A stretch of DNA of 64,000 bases from the NCBI GenBank assembly GCA_054600435.1, contig BAAIJX010000031.1:1-64000 (forward strand). The letters are read 5' to 3'. The position numbers and the translations under genes are program-made. The stretch's first letter is position 1, and every line of letters begins with the position of its first letter. The stretch is from Neophaeotheca triangularis (Eukaryota). Positions 38,331 to 50,113 of the stretch are shown here, piece after piece. The notes under the pieces were generated by a model, which made no database searches, had not been told where the DNA came from, and saw only the letters and a list, made by a program, of their open reading frames with translations.

Positions 38331-38835
38331 GTTGGGTGGATGGTGAGGGAGAGGGTGATGGGAGAATGCTGTACTTGAACTGGATGCAGAGACTGCGAGG
38401 AGACGATGGTTTTCTTCTTCTCGCTTCACTTTACGTCAATCTAATGGACATATATTCATATCATCGGCAGCGTCATCAGGTACAGACTTAACGCCACTTT
38501 ATTTCTGAACATCGACACCAATGCCAACTCCATGTTCCATCCTGTGGCGCAGTGTTTCGTCAGAAACTCTCATCGTCCAAGAGTCCTGGCACGTGTGCGC
38601 AGTTAGGGTCCAATTGTTTCTCCACGGGACGTTTGAGTGGTCGCTACTTGCTAGGGTGTGGCGTCAGTTATTATGCTCGGCGGCCGACTCTCGGGGTCCC
38701 GAGTCCCGTCGCCCAGATGGAGCAACAGCCGAGTTGTGACAACAATCCAAGGGGGCCGTTTCTTGGCCGAACATTCAATGTCAAAGTATCGTTCCGGTAT
38801 TACTCTAGCTGCAAAGATGCATATGTATCGCACAA

Positions 38836-40302
38836 CTATATCCTCTCGCCGGTCAGAATGCCCTTGGCTTCCTCACTCTGCCACCAGCTCACGCCGGGCT
38901 TGCCGGGGTACTCGAACTTATCCATGCTCTCCGGCTTCATCTCCACCGAGTACCCAGCCTCGGTGGGAGTAGTGTAGTACCCATCCTGGATGACAGATGG
39001 GTGGAAGAAGTGCTCGTGCAAGTGGTCGACGTACTCGAGCACGCTCAGCTTGCCGCTGACGCTGACATAGTCAATGGTGCTCAAGTGCTGCGTGTACTCG
39101 GGAAGCCCGACACCACCGCTGTGCGGCACAATGGGGACACCGTACTTCTTCGCAATCAGCAGGACGGCAAGGACCTCGTTGACACCGCCCATGCGGCACG
39201 CGTCGATTTGGCATACGTCGATGGCGCCCTGCATAATGAGCTGCTTGAAGATGACACGGTTCTGGCACATTTCGCCGGTTGCGACGCCAATGTTTAGGGG
39301 CTTGAGGGCTTCGCGGATGGCTTTGTGGCCGAAGACGTCGTCGGGCGAGGTGGGCTCTTCGATGAACCATGGCTTGAATTCGGCTAGTTGCTTCATGTAT
39401 GCAATGGCTTCCGGGACGGACCAGACTTGGTTCGCGTCGACCATGAGAATGTTGCCCTTATCGTAGCCAATGACTTCGCGAGCAATGGTCAGGCGCTGTT
39501 TGTCAGCCTCGATCGAGGTGCCGACTTTGAGCTTGAAGTGTTTGTATCCCTTTGCGAGGGTTTCTTGAAGCAGACCCTTCATCTTGTCCTGGCCATAACC
39601 CAACCATCCCGCTGAGGTGGTGTATGCGGGTACTGCGCGGTTGTTCTCGGCTTCTTGCATGCGTTGTGCTTTGCCTGCCTCCTCCTTTCGCAGCATCTCC
39701 ACGGCTTCGTCAGGCGTGATTGCGTCGGTGATGTAGCGAAAGTCGATGCACTTGACAAACTCCTCCGGGCTCATCTCAGCGACAATCCTCCAGACCGGCT
39801 TCCCGAGCACCTTCGCCCACAAATCCCAGATTGCGTTTACGACTGAACCGAGAGCGAGGTGGATGACACCCTTTTCGGGACCAATCCATCGCAGTTGGCT
39901 GTCGGAAACAAGATATCTCCACGTCTTTCCCCAGTCAGAGACGAGCTCGTCAAGGTCCTTGCCGACTATGCGATCTGCAAGGAGGGTAATGGCTTGGCAG
40001 ACAATCTCGTTGCCACGGCCAATCGTGAAAGTCATACCATGGCCCTTGTGTGAGGAATCAGTGTGGAGGACGCAGTAGGCGGCGCTGTAGTCGCCGGCAG
40101 CGTTCATGGCATCTAGAGGAAGAGGAGTCAGCTTCTATTGAGTCCGCCAACTTGCCCATTCCTTCTAATCTTACCCGAACCCGTCTTATCCAAGCTGGTC
40201 TGCTAGTCGTTAGCATGTTATTCCATACAGCTCTCACGACAAACGTCTTGAACATACCGGAAACCGCACATCCCTCGTCTCTGAACGTGTGATCTTAACC
40301 AT
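38836..40302 (-). CDS. lgd1: L-galactonate dehydratase (GaaB/LGD1; enolase superfamily, L-fuconate dehydratase-like); exons 40302-40258, 40199-40175, 40112-38836
   Basis: DVRFP|TSLDKTGS|DAMNAAGDYS, FTIGRGN, RWIGPEKGVIH, YTTSAGWLGY, KLKVG, DANQ, EEPTSPDD, TGE, VPHSGGVGLPE. Confidence 0.9.
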
Positions 40303-42848
40303 GATGTCGGCTTTTGAAGTGTAAGCAGTACGTGTATCTATCAAGGGAGTAGTAACAGCAAGCTTGAATCTGTCAACTTGAGTAGTGATGCTGAGGAAGA
40401 GGAAAGTAGTCGAAGATTGGAAAGAAGAGCAAAGTCATCAACGGAAGAACTGTAGTAACTAACAATCCTAATTACTCGCCGGCACGATACCATCGGCTTT
40501 TGACCACGATGCCAAACACCAGAGCGCGTACTTTTTCTGGGCCCGGCCAGGAACAACTGCCCCACGGAGGGGCAGCATTTGGGGTTGAGAGACCCCCACG
40601 TTGGCCAGAGCGAGCTCATTTGGACATTTCATTCGTGGAATATTTCTTCCGCTTGACGGCGAAGAGTCAGGTGAAGTTCCGGAGTGCGGTCGATGAGGTT
40701 CTGAGGAAGGCTTGCCGAAGACACCGGCATCCGGCTTCGGGACCACATTCACTCCTTTGCACTACAACATCCGTAACGATATCGTTCATCGACGCATAAA
40801 GCACGAGATCAAGGTCTGGGGTGTAATAGATAGCAAGAAGGCCACTCGAGGAGGATTTCTGCACGTCGTCGAAAAGCAGCAACGTATTCGAAGTATCTAC
40901 CTCTACCTACAATTTCTTGCGAGTCTTCCAAGTAGCGGACCTTCATCATTGTCACACGCAATCGGCGTCCGACGTCGACAAGCAAGCATACTGAATTAGA
41001 AGACGATGGAGCCATGTCGACTCGTGCATACAGTCAGCTCGTCGCGGCTTGCTAAGGCGTTGAGTCTTTGCGTGCCTTTAAAGATCACAGTGCTGAGAAG
41101 GCGCAGGAGATGGCTTCAGTGACTGTCGCGTGAGCGTTCCCGGCGATATCAGTGCCGACCCATCACGCTGCGAGTATTGGGTAAGAGTCAACGAGTGACA
41201 GCATGATCGCGAGATCAAGGGAACTAGGGAGCTGCTAGATGTTGCTCGACAGCGCTGGGAGTCTGTTGACCTTGTTGGAGTACGTGATAATCGTATGCTC
41301 GCAATAGCTACCGGGCATGAAGAGTTTGGTCGGTATGCATCGCCGAGACGGTAGCTTGAATCGATACGGTCTTCCGTGGTAATGGCGAAGCCTTAAAAGA
41401 GCATGAGATTTCAAGTTAAGTTGCCGGAAGTCTTTAGATGTCGTTTCGAACGTGCTGTTGCCGTAGCTTGCCAGCGTGATGTTTCTTGCACATGGAGTCT
41501 ATACAAGGAGCCTCGATATAAGGTCTTGTAAGAAAACGCCCGTAGAGTGGCGATCCGTCGCTCGATCCCTCCGGAGGCAGATGGTATGATCTTGAACATG
41601 GTAATGATACTGTATCTTTTCAAGCCAACGACGGGACTTCCGTAGCAGCGCTGGGCTCAGCATTACTATCTGTATCTCACTCACGTCTCAAAACCATCTC
41701 ATATCTGATTCACGCAAGGAAAGCCAGCGGACTTCTCGATACGGGTAGGGGAACAAACAGGTGGTAAGCTGCGGTACAAAAAACCTCCATACTCACGTGC
41801 AGCATGAGTGGAAGAGATATAGTACTATTCTCCCGGAACCGCTCACAGCTATGCGCGCTGCAAGCGAAACAGGGCAATCGCCTACAAAACAACCCCAACC
41901 CCTCCGCAGCAGCTGTTGGATCTCCCAAGACGAATCCTTCGGCGTCATGCTGTAGCACAAACCCTCGCTTGGGCCGCTACGAAAGTCGCTGCCTAAGGCC
42001 ATCGGCGGCCTTCTAATTTGAGCCGGGAAGCAGTACTTGATTCGAGACCTGCGAAGGATCAAAGTCGCCAGGCAGCCATTAAAAGTCTCGTAGATATTTG
42101 TACAGAACGGCCGCGAGTACAGCTCCATGTTAGTTTTGATCGTGTCGCGTGACCGTGTCTCTCTTTGTGTTGCCCTACAGATCCGCCATCGAAGTTCTGA
42201 ACACTACCTCGAGCCTTTCCACACGACGAGGCCGTGGCCACCAAAACACCTACCACACTTCGCCGTCGTACGGTTAAAATTCAAAAGACATCATTACCTT
42301 ATTGTCTGCCACCTCCTTCGCACACCCGAAAAGTGGAAGTGTTTCACAGCCACAACCGGCGCATGGTTCCGACGCACCGTCCCTGCAGATCTCCGCATCC
42401 GCCAACCCACTAGCTGCCAACGGCGAAGGGCATCCATCCCATACATACATAGCCACGACATACGTCTCGAGCTGACAACCTAACAACGCATCCGGCTGTA
42501 CTTTTTTTCTCATTTCTTCTTGTTCGATACCCTTCTCTTCTTCGTGTCGGCTTTGACTGGCTTGTTTTGCACGCGATATTCTGTCCAGCGACTGAGCGAC
42601 TTCACATTCGATTCGGGATTGAGGATTCAGGAGAGCACGCGACACTACTTTTGGAGGTATTTGAAGTATCGTGATTGAGCAAGACGCAGGAAGATAGCTT
42701 TGGGGCCCGGAGACAAACCGTTCGAGCTGGTTGCGTGAGAATTGGCGAAAGGCATACACTAGAAGGTCTACTCGACAGCCTTCCATCCACCACACACCCA
42801 GTGCCAAGCCCTCACCACGAGTAGCACGCGAGCGCCGCAGTCTCAGCT

Positions 42849-44166
42849 ATGGATCCTTTCCAGCACACGAACTTGACCCAACCCGTGGAGGATCCACATT
42901 GGAACAGCAAGCCCGCATGGAAACTTCCCGGCTGGGCGGAGCCTGTCATGGTGGTTACAATCTTGTTCGGCGCAATGATTCTCACAAGACGGCGAGGCTA
43001 CCGGATAAGAGGCGGAAAACCAGGGCCATACGTTTCACCACTAGACGCCAACCTCGCGTCCGTCGAGTCTACAGACGAACTCCTCGCGTACGACAGCGAC
43101 AACGACGACGACAGGCAATCCATATTCGCGCAGGAGAAGCAGTCACCCAAAACCCGCACTTGCTGCGGTCTCAAAACGATCCAGACACCCAACACCTCTC
43201 GATTCAAGAACAACCTCCACTCCCGCGTGCTCCAACGTTTCCCGTTCTTGATCGAGATGTTCTACTGGGTCATCAATTATGCTTTTTACCGTTTCACCGC
43301 CATCGCCTCCAATGCTCTCTTCGCGGGCAGGGGCATCTGGAATGTCGCGCAAGCCCATGGGATAGCCGTGTTGGAGTTTGAGCACTACAGCTGGGCGAGT
43401 CTATTCTTCCCGATCAACGAAAAAGGCGTGCAGCAATGGTTCATGCATGGGCACCAAGACGGACTCACCGTGCTGAACAAAGCATACGCTCTAATCCACA
43501 TCCCAGGCACAGTTGGGTAAATCCATCCCTCCACCACCTTGTTCACCCACTTCCAGAACTTACCAACTGACTCTTTCCCTCAGCTTCATTGCCTGGTACT
43601 ACTACGCTGCGCCCTCGCACCCGACCTTCGCAACAGTCCGCCGCACCATGACGCTCACAAATTTCCTCGCCTTCATGACCTTCATCTTCTACCCCTGCAT
43701 GCCGCCCCGCCTCTTACCAGCCGAATACGGCTTCCTTGATACCGTTCGCCACGACGACGCCCAAAGCGTTTGGATGAGCGGCAAATACGTCAACTCCCTA
43801 GCAGCCATGCCGAGCATGCATTTTGGCTACGCCTTCTGCATCGGCAGCACGCTCATGTACCATTCAGGGTTATTCCGCAGCCGGCTGGAAAAGGGCGAAG
43901 TGCGTAAGAGCGTGGGCTGGAAAGTCTTCTACGTGCTGCTGGGTCTGGCCTACCCGGTTGGGATTTTGACGACGATCGTGGCGACTGCTAATCATTACGT
44001 CCTGGACGCTGTTGTTGCGACGTGTTTTGTGCTGTGTGCATTTGTATGTAATAAGGTGTTTTATGTCTTCTTGCCTTTGGAGGATTGGTTCTTGTGGATT
44101 TTGAGGGCTGAGAAGCCGATCCCGAGTACGGGGGAGAGGTTTCATCAGAGGGGTGGGAGGTTGTGA
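42849..44166 (+). CDS. PAP2-superfamily integral membrane protein (Aur1/Ipt1-like); exons 42849-43516, 43584-44166
   Basis: YPCMPPR, AAMPSMHFG and TANHYVLDA PAP2 motifs; intron GTAAAT(43517)..CTGAC..CAG(43583). Confidence 0.88.
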
Positions 44167-44712
44167 GGGTTTTGCAGGTTCGTTTGAATCTTACTGGGCG
44201 GATCTTCGTGCTGCATAGCGTTTGAGCGGTATTGGTGTTGGAGGCGTATATCTGTTTAACGAGACGGCGTGTTCGAGCGGTTTTACAGTATACAAAAGGG
44301 AGGTATAGCAAGGCGTTAGGACGGTCTTTAGCGGCTACTTGCAGATAAGTACAAAATACGTTAAGTAAACAATTATCCATGAACAATTGTGTTAATTTTT
44401 GTCCCTTCACTCGAGAATTATGGTCCCAGCATGCCAGCCACTAAACATTCGCACGAGTTACAGTTATTGTTGGTGTCCGCACTAAATGCGTCACCTCACC
44501 CCTCAGCCCAGCCCAGCCAGACCCGCTGACGAAGTCCACCAAAGCCCCACGTGTGACCCGGGCGACTTCCAAGGTTCGAGGTCGAGTTCAGGTGCCAATC
44601 CCCCCCCCCAAAACGACCTCGGACTGCAGAACCAAAACAACACCTCCAACCACACCTCTATCACATCAAACCCACAACAACCCCAAAATCACAACCAAAC
44701 AACACCCTCACC

Positions 44713-45145
44713 ATGCCAGCTCAACAATCCACCGAGTTCAAGAAAGCCGTCGAGGACAGCCGCAAGTTGAAAGCAAAGCCCAACAATGACGAGCTGTTGC
44801 AGGTAAGACAAGCAGCACCAGCACCATCACCAGCACCATAGCCACGGCCGGCAGCAGCAGCAGCAGCAGCACCACAACCACCACCACCCACCAGCACCCA
44901 CCATACTCTCCCCCAAAACTAACCTCCTTCCTCGCGCTATCCAGCTCTACGGCCTCTTCAAACAAGGCACCCAAGACCCACCCCTCGAGCAAACGCAAGC
45001 ACCAGGCATGTTCGAGATGAAAGAGAAGGCGAAACGCGCCGCTTGGCAGAAATTGGTCGACGACAAGGTGTCGCCGCAAAACGCGCAGAAGAAGTACGTG
45101 ACGCTTGTCAACGAGCTGAAGTCGAAGTATGGGTATGAAGGTTAA
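44713..45145 (+). CDS. ACB1: Acyl-CoA-binding protein, 96 aa, absent from the ORF track; exons 44713-44802, 44945-45145
   Basis: EFKKAVEDSRKLKAKPNNDELLQ|LYGLFKQGT...PGMFEMKEKAKRAAW...AQKKYVTLVNELKSKYG; intron GTAAGA..CTAAC..CAG contains CAG/CAC triplet repeats. Confidence 0.93.
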
Positions 45146-45662
45146 GTTTGGGCGGACGGAATGAGACTGGAGAAGGCATGGGGGATGATGGATGGGAAGG
45201 GGGCCTGTTGTTAGGGGGTTGATATGATACCTATGAAGTTTTGTCTGTCCTTGTTTGTGCTTTCTTTTGAGGCTGCGAGAGGTCTGCGGTTTGATGTTTA
45301 GTGCTTCCACTGGACGTGTAGATTTTATCTCTCTGAGGACTTTGAGCTGCTTTGTCAGAGATTTCACGTTCGGGTTGACTAGCCCCATATATATCCTGGA
45401 TTCATGCAAATTGAATCAAGCAGTTTCAAGATTCATAGCGGTTGTGTTTCTCCGCTGAAGAAACACCCAAATCTTGACACGTGAAAGCGCGTTTCGACGT
45501 GGCTTCCGCTTTGGGCAGCGCGCTTCTCGAGTCGCACTTCCGACCTCCATCAGCATCAACACGGCTCCAAACATAATTCCTAGAGCGCAAACATGAACAA
45601 CATACATACAAAAAAACCTTGAGTTTCGAATTGAGAGCTCCAAAGTTTGCGCATCGAGCACA

Positions 45663-48029
45663 ATGGATTCCACCCGTGCATCGAAACGCAGAAGACTAGA
45701 CTCTCCCTCGCACGAAACCCGCGACCGCTCCCCGAGCTCAACAATCCACGTCACCGCCACGACCAATCTCAATAACGAACCACAATCTTCCGCTCCCTCC
45801 CCAGCGCCAGCAAAATCCACCCAAGAACTCTGGAAAGAGGCCAAAGCCAGAAAGCGGCCCGCAAGCCAGCGCAGCAAGAGCACAGCGCCAGCAAAGGCAT
45901 CCAAGGACGTGTACGATGATTTTGACGGCGCGAATGGCGAGACGAGGTCGCCTGTGAAGAAAACGACTACTGCTGCTGCCGCTGCTGCTGGAAGCGGTGC
46001 AAAGGGTGCAAGGAAGGGGTTGGATCCGTTGAGGAACCAGACGGATGTGACGCCGAAGAAGGCTGCTGGGGGTGGGAGTTTGGGGTTCTTTAAGCAGTTT
46101 GTGGATAAGACTGCGAGTCCGGTGAAGGTTGGGAATGGGGCGAAGGGTGTTGCGATTGATGGGGAAAGTGGGCTGGGAGGGTTGCGGACTCAGAGGGCGC
46201 TGGATAGTCAGCTGGGTGTTGGGGCTGCGACGCCGAGAGCTGGAGGGGAAGGCCAAGGGGCACTCACTGACTCAGGGACGAGAAAGGCCAGGACGTTCGA
46301 GGACGAGATCAGGGAGGTTGAGAGGCAGGCTCGGCGTGAGGCTGCTGAGGACGGGGGAGAGGGGGACCGCAATGGCGTAGGGCACAGCGGCAGAAGTAGC
46401 GGGCGGAAGGTTATGGGTAACGGAGCTCGGTATTCTTCGCAACGCAATGGTGCAGTGCCGGAGGAGTCTCCGTTCTACCGATCTGCAAGGAAACGGCAAC
46501 AGGAGGCATTTCCGGCGAAGGAAGTGCATGTCAACGATGCTACCGCTGGGGATCAAATGGAGATTGACGAGTCTGACCATGAGATTCGCGTACAGCAGCG
46601 TGAATTGCCGACATCAAAGGCGAAGAAAGCTGCTCAGCAGGACCATACACTCGTCGAGGCGAAACCCAGGGCTTCCACAGCCTTGTTACAAAACGGCGAG
46701 CCAGGCTCTGACATTCACCCAGATGCGATCGCACTTTTCCAACGTGTACTACTCGATAAACTCACCCACAGACGGCCGATCCCTCTAACGAACCTTGAGG
46801 ACGAGTATGCAAAGGTAATGACCGTTATTAACCAAACCATCACCGCGGGCGAAAGCAACAGCATGCTTCTGATCGGCGCACGAGGCAGCGGCAAGACAAC
46901 GCTAGTCAACCAAATTATTCGCAAACATAGCGTGGAGCATCCAGACGACTTTTTGGTGGTGAAACTCGATGGCTTCGTACACACCGACGACAAGATTGCG
47001 CTGCGAGAGATTTGGCGTCAGCTTGGAAAGGGCATGGAGCTGGACGAAGAAGAGATGGCTACGAAAAGCTATGCCGACACTCTAGCAACGTTGCTTGCGC
47101 TATTATCCCATCCAGCAGAGCAAGGCCGGGAAGAGCGGCCTGGCCAAGTCACCAAGAGCGTGATCTTCGTCATGGATGAGTTCGATCTCTTTGCTACACA
47201 TCCTCGGCAAACGCTCCTATACAACCTTTTCGACATCGCGCAGTCACGAAAAGCTCCCATAGCGGTTCTAGGCTTGACCACCAGAGTCGACGTCGCCGAG
47301 AGCCTCGAGAAGCGCGTGAAAAGCCGCTTCAGCCATCGCTACGTCCACCTGAGCCTGCCGCGCAGCTTCGCAATGTTTCACGGCATCTGCAGAGCCGCAA
47401 TCAATATCGAGCAAGACGACCTAACGCAGGACGAGCAATCCTCCCTAGTGGACTGCACCCAAGCTCTAGCCGACTGGAGCAACATCACCGACAACCTCCT
47501 CAACACCGAAGCAACAGCCACAGCGCTCCGCCGAATCTACTACACGACCAAATCCATCCCAGACTTCCTTTCTAGCCTGCATCTCCCCCTTTCCACCCTC
47601 TCACCCTTGACCACCACCACTTCCGCCTCGATCATCGCCCACCTCAGCTCTCCCGCCCTTACTCGCGCCCCGGACTCCAAACTCTCCCTTCTCTCCTCGC
47701 TAAGCACCCTCCACCTGGCTCTCCTAGTCAGCGCCGCCCGCCTGACAACCCTCTACGACACGGCCTCCGTATCTTTTGCTCTCGCGTACGAGGAGTACAA
47801 GGTGCTAGCCTCGAAGATGAAGGTCGCGGCTTCGGCTTCGGGGGCGCTGGCGCAAGGGGCCGGGGGTAGGGTGTGGGGGAAGGCTGTGGCGAGAGGGGCG
47901 TGGGAGGGTCTGGGTGAAATGGGGTTGGTGGTTATGCCCGGGGACAGAGTGGATGTGGGGTTGGAGGAGATTGGTGCTTGTCCGGGGCTGGAGCTGGGGA
48001 GCTGGGGAAGGTGGTGTAGGGAGATCTAG
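45663..48029 (+). CDS. ORC4: Origin recognition complex subunit 4 (AAA+) with long disordered N-terminus
   Basis: GESNSMLLIGARGSGKT (Walker A), HTDDKIALREIWRQL, IFVMDEFDLF (Walker B), RQTLLYNLFD, LEKRVKSRFSHR. Confidence 0.94.
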   Translation: MDSTRASKRRRLDSPSHETRDRSPSSTIHVTATTNLNNEPQSSAPSPAPAKSTQELWKEAKARKRPASQRSKSTAPAKASKDVYDDFDGANGETRSPVKKTTTAAAAAAGSGAKGARKGLDPLRNQTDVTPKKAAGGGSLGFFKQFVDKTASPVKVGNGAKGVAIDGESGLGGLRTQRALDSQLGVGAATPRAGGEGQGALTDSGTRKARTFEDEIREVERQARREAAEDGGEGDRNGVGHSGRSSGRKVMGNGARYSSQRNGAVPEESPFYRSARKRQQEAFPAKEVHVNDATAGDQMEIDESDHEIRVQQRELPTSKAKKAAQQDHTLVEAKPRASTALLQNGEPGSDIHPDAIALFQRVLLDKLTHRRPIPLTNLEDEYAKVMTVINQTITAGESNSMLLIGARGSGKTTLVNQIIRKHSVEHPDDFLVVKLDGFVHTDDKIALREIWRQLGKGMELDEEEMATKSYADTLATLLALLSHPAEQGREERPGQVTKSVIFVMDEFDLFATHPRQTLLYNLFDIAQSRKAPIAVLGLTTRVDVAESLEKRVKSRFSHRYVHLSLPRSFAMFHGICRAAINIEQDDLTQDEQSSLVDCTQALADWSNITDNLLNTEATATALRRIYYTTKSIPDFLSSLHLPLSTLSPLTTTTSASIIAHLSSPALTRAPDSKLSLLSSLSTLHLALLVSAARLTTLYDTASVSFALAYEEYKVLASKMKVAASASGALAQGAGGRVWGKAVARGAWEGLGEMGLVVMPGDRVDVGLEEIGACPGLELGSWGRWCREI

Positions 48030-48532
48030 TTGGATTGGTTGTAGAGTTATTTAGGTAGCTAGATGGAGTGGGGTGGCTAATTCCCTGTTGGCTCGTCAAT
48101 TCATTTGACTCTTCGTCTTCCGTTACTGATAAGTGCTCTCTTCGATCCTTCATTTTACTTCCTCGCTGCAATGACTCGAGAGCCACTGTCGCCTCGGTAC
48201 TGCGGCGACACCGCAACGTATGGAGCCCCCCACCGGGCCTCGTCTCGTCTCGAGTCTGGACGCGTCGTTCTGGTTGACTTTTCCAGCAAGTTCGAGCCAC
48301 GCTCGTGCAGTCCCTCTTCTGCAGCACAGGTGCATGTCGCTTTGAAAGCCATGCACTTACATGGGACCCAAATAGTGTTCTAAGTCCTGCCTAACAGCAT
48401 GTTTCGTAACTTGGTGGGCAACAAGGGCTTTCGTTTGGGCTCGTGCGCTCCAAGGTCCTCGGCCTCTTCGACTTCCATCTCCCTATCACAAAATATTAGA
48501 CAGCCCATCAAAAACCACATCTCTCTGTGTTC

Positions 48533-49696
48533 TCAAGCATGCGTCACAGCGTCAATATCAGCGGCTTCCAACCACTTCCCCTCCAAACTCTTCTTCCAGA
48601 CTTTCACGATCCCATCGTCGCCCGTCGAGATGAGCATGTCGCCCATTTGCGACCAGCTGACCCTCCAAGGTGCGCCCTCGTGAGCTGCTAGCTCCGCGAC
48701 GAGTTTGGGCTCTTGCTTCACGGCGCCTGGCACCCCCGCTGCTTCGTCTCTGTGGCCTTTGGGACCACCTGCAAGACCGGCGCCGATTCCCGAGCGTGCT
48801 GGACGGGCTTGTTGGGCTTGTTGCTGGGTAAATGCTGATTGTGCATCGACGCTGACTGCAGGGGAGAAAGATTGCGCTGACGTCGAGAGTGCTGCCGCGC
48901 CAGGGGTATGAAGCTCATAGACACGGATGAAGCCGTCCTTGGAGGCCGTGGCGATGGTGTCGAAACCGCGCATACTGCCGTTGGCCCAGCTGGCATCACG
49001 CACCAACCCCCGGGCTCCTTCAAGAACGGCAGCGTTGTAGAACTTGCGGTCGCCATCCGTACGAAAAACCCTCACGACATCGCCGACAGAGACAGCCAAC
49101 GACAAAGTCTTGCGATCCAGTCCGGCCAAAATGGCAGGCCAGGCAGGCAACTTCTCCTTGTGCCAACTCACACGAAACCCAGTCTCTTCCGTCCTTGAAG
49201 GCGTCTTGCACAAGTAATCCGACCACAAGACCCGCCAAGCAGACAAATCAGTCTCATCTTCGGGTTCAGAAATACTTAAATAACCATCCCTAGTAATAGC
49301 GGCAAGATACGTCTCGGTGCCCAGGTTCTTGAAGTCCAGCGACATCCAAGGCGGGCCCGTGACACTCCTCTGCTCGAAAATCTTCCTGAACCTTCGCCCG
49401 GAATTCGCCGCTTCGGAAGCGTCTTCGCGCCAGATGCGTAACAGCCCGTCTTCACCAATCGATGCCAGGTGTTCGCCTACGTAGGGCCCGTTCCATTTGA
49501 CGTCGGTGACTTCGGCATCGTGAGCGCGCCAGACGTCCGTGACTGTCCATTCGCCCGTGCGGTCTTGGAGGTCCCAGACTTTGACGCGGTGGTCAGAGCT
49601 GGCGGTGGCAAGGCGTGTGCCGTAGAAGTTGTAAGCGATGGCCAGGACGAGGTCTTGGTGGCCGTGGGAGAAGCGGTGGAAGCCTGTTGAAGCCAT
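48533..49696 (-). CDS. SEH1: WD40 nucleoporin/SEA complex subunit Seh1
   Basis: GHQDLVLAIAYNFYGTRLATASSDH, WRAHDAEV, IATASKDG, WRVSWSQMGDMLISTGDDG. Confidence 0.88.
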   Translation of the reverse strand: MASTGFHRFSHGHQDLVLAIAYNFYGTRLATASSDHRVKVWDLQDRTGEWTVTDVWRAHDAEVTDVKWNGPYVGEHLASIGEDGLLRIWREDASEAANSGRRFRKIFEQRSVTGPPWMSLDFKNLGTETYLAAITRDGYLSISEPEDETDLSAWRVLWSDYLCKTPSRTEETGFRVSWHKEKLPAWPAILAGLDRKTLSLAVSVGDVVRVFRTDGDRKFYNAAVLEGARGLVRDASWANGSMRGFDTIATASKDGFIRVYELHTPGAAALSTSAQSFSPAVSVDAQSAFTQQQAQQARPARSGIGAGLAGGPKGHRDEAAGVPGAVKQEPKLVAELAAHEGAPWRVSWSQMGDMLISTGDDGIVKVWKKSLEGKWLEAADIDAVTHA

Positions 49697-50113
49697 CGTT
49701 GGTAAGATCCCGTAAATTGCGGGTTGTTTGGTGTTGGAGGTGACTGGGCAGGCAATTATGTTCCGGTCATGGTTCAACGGGGGTTGTAGTAATTCTAGTC
49801 TCAGAGGCTCATCGAACCTCGAAAGCCACGGTAGCAAAACTAGCTATCTCTGAATCACATCGAGGTGCAGTTGTGATATGGTATTGTGTTGCGAGTACTA
49901 GTATTTACAGTAGCTGGAAAGGGAAGGTATGCCCTCCGTCAGCGGCTCTGCGGGAGATGTGCAGGGTTTGCCAAGGCGCGATCTTCAGCCTCACATCCCT
50001 GTTACCCTGACCGGGATTCTTCTGAAGAGAAGCCAGTTGTCGTTGGCTTGAACATGATAAGAACTAGGAGGTATGCCCTACATTCTACATCCTACATCTT
50101 CAAGTCCGATGAG

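Noticed and set aside
18419..40302. Sugar-catabolism cluster (DAK-like, GAL7, L-galactonate dehydratase)
   Set aside because: The genes are separated by many housekeeping genes and belong to different pathways; no GAL1 or GAL10 is adjacent.
45478..45500. MCB-like GCGCGTTT upstream of ORC4
   Set aside because: Single imperfect short motif; plausible but not distinguishable from chance.
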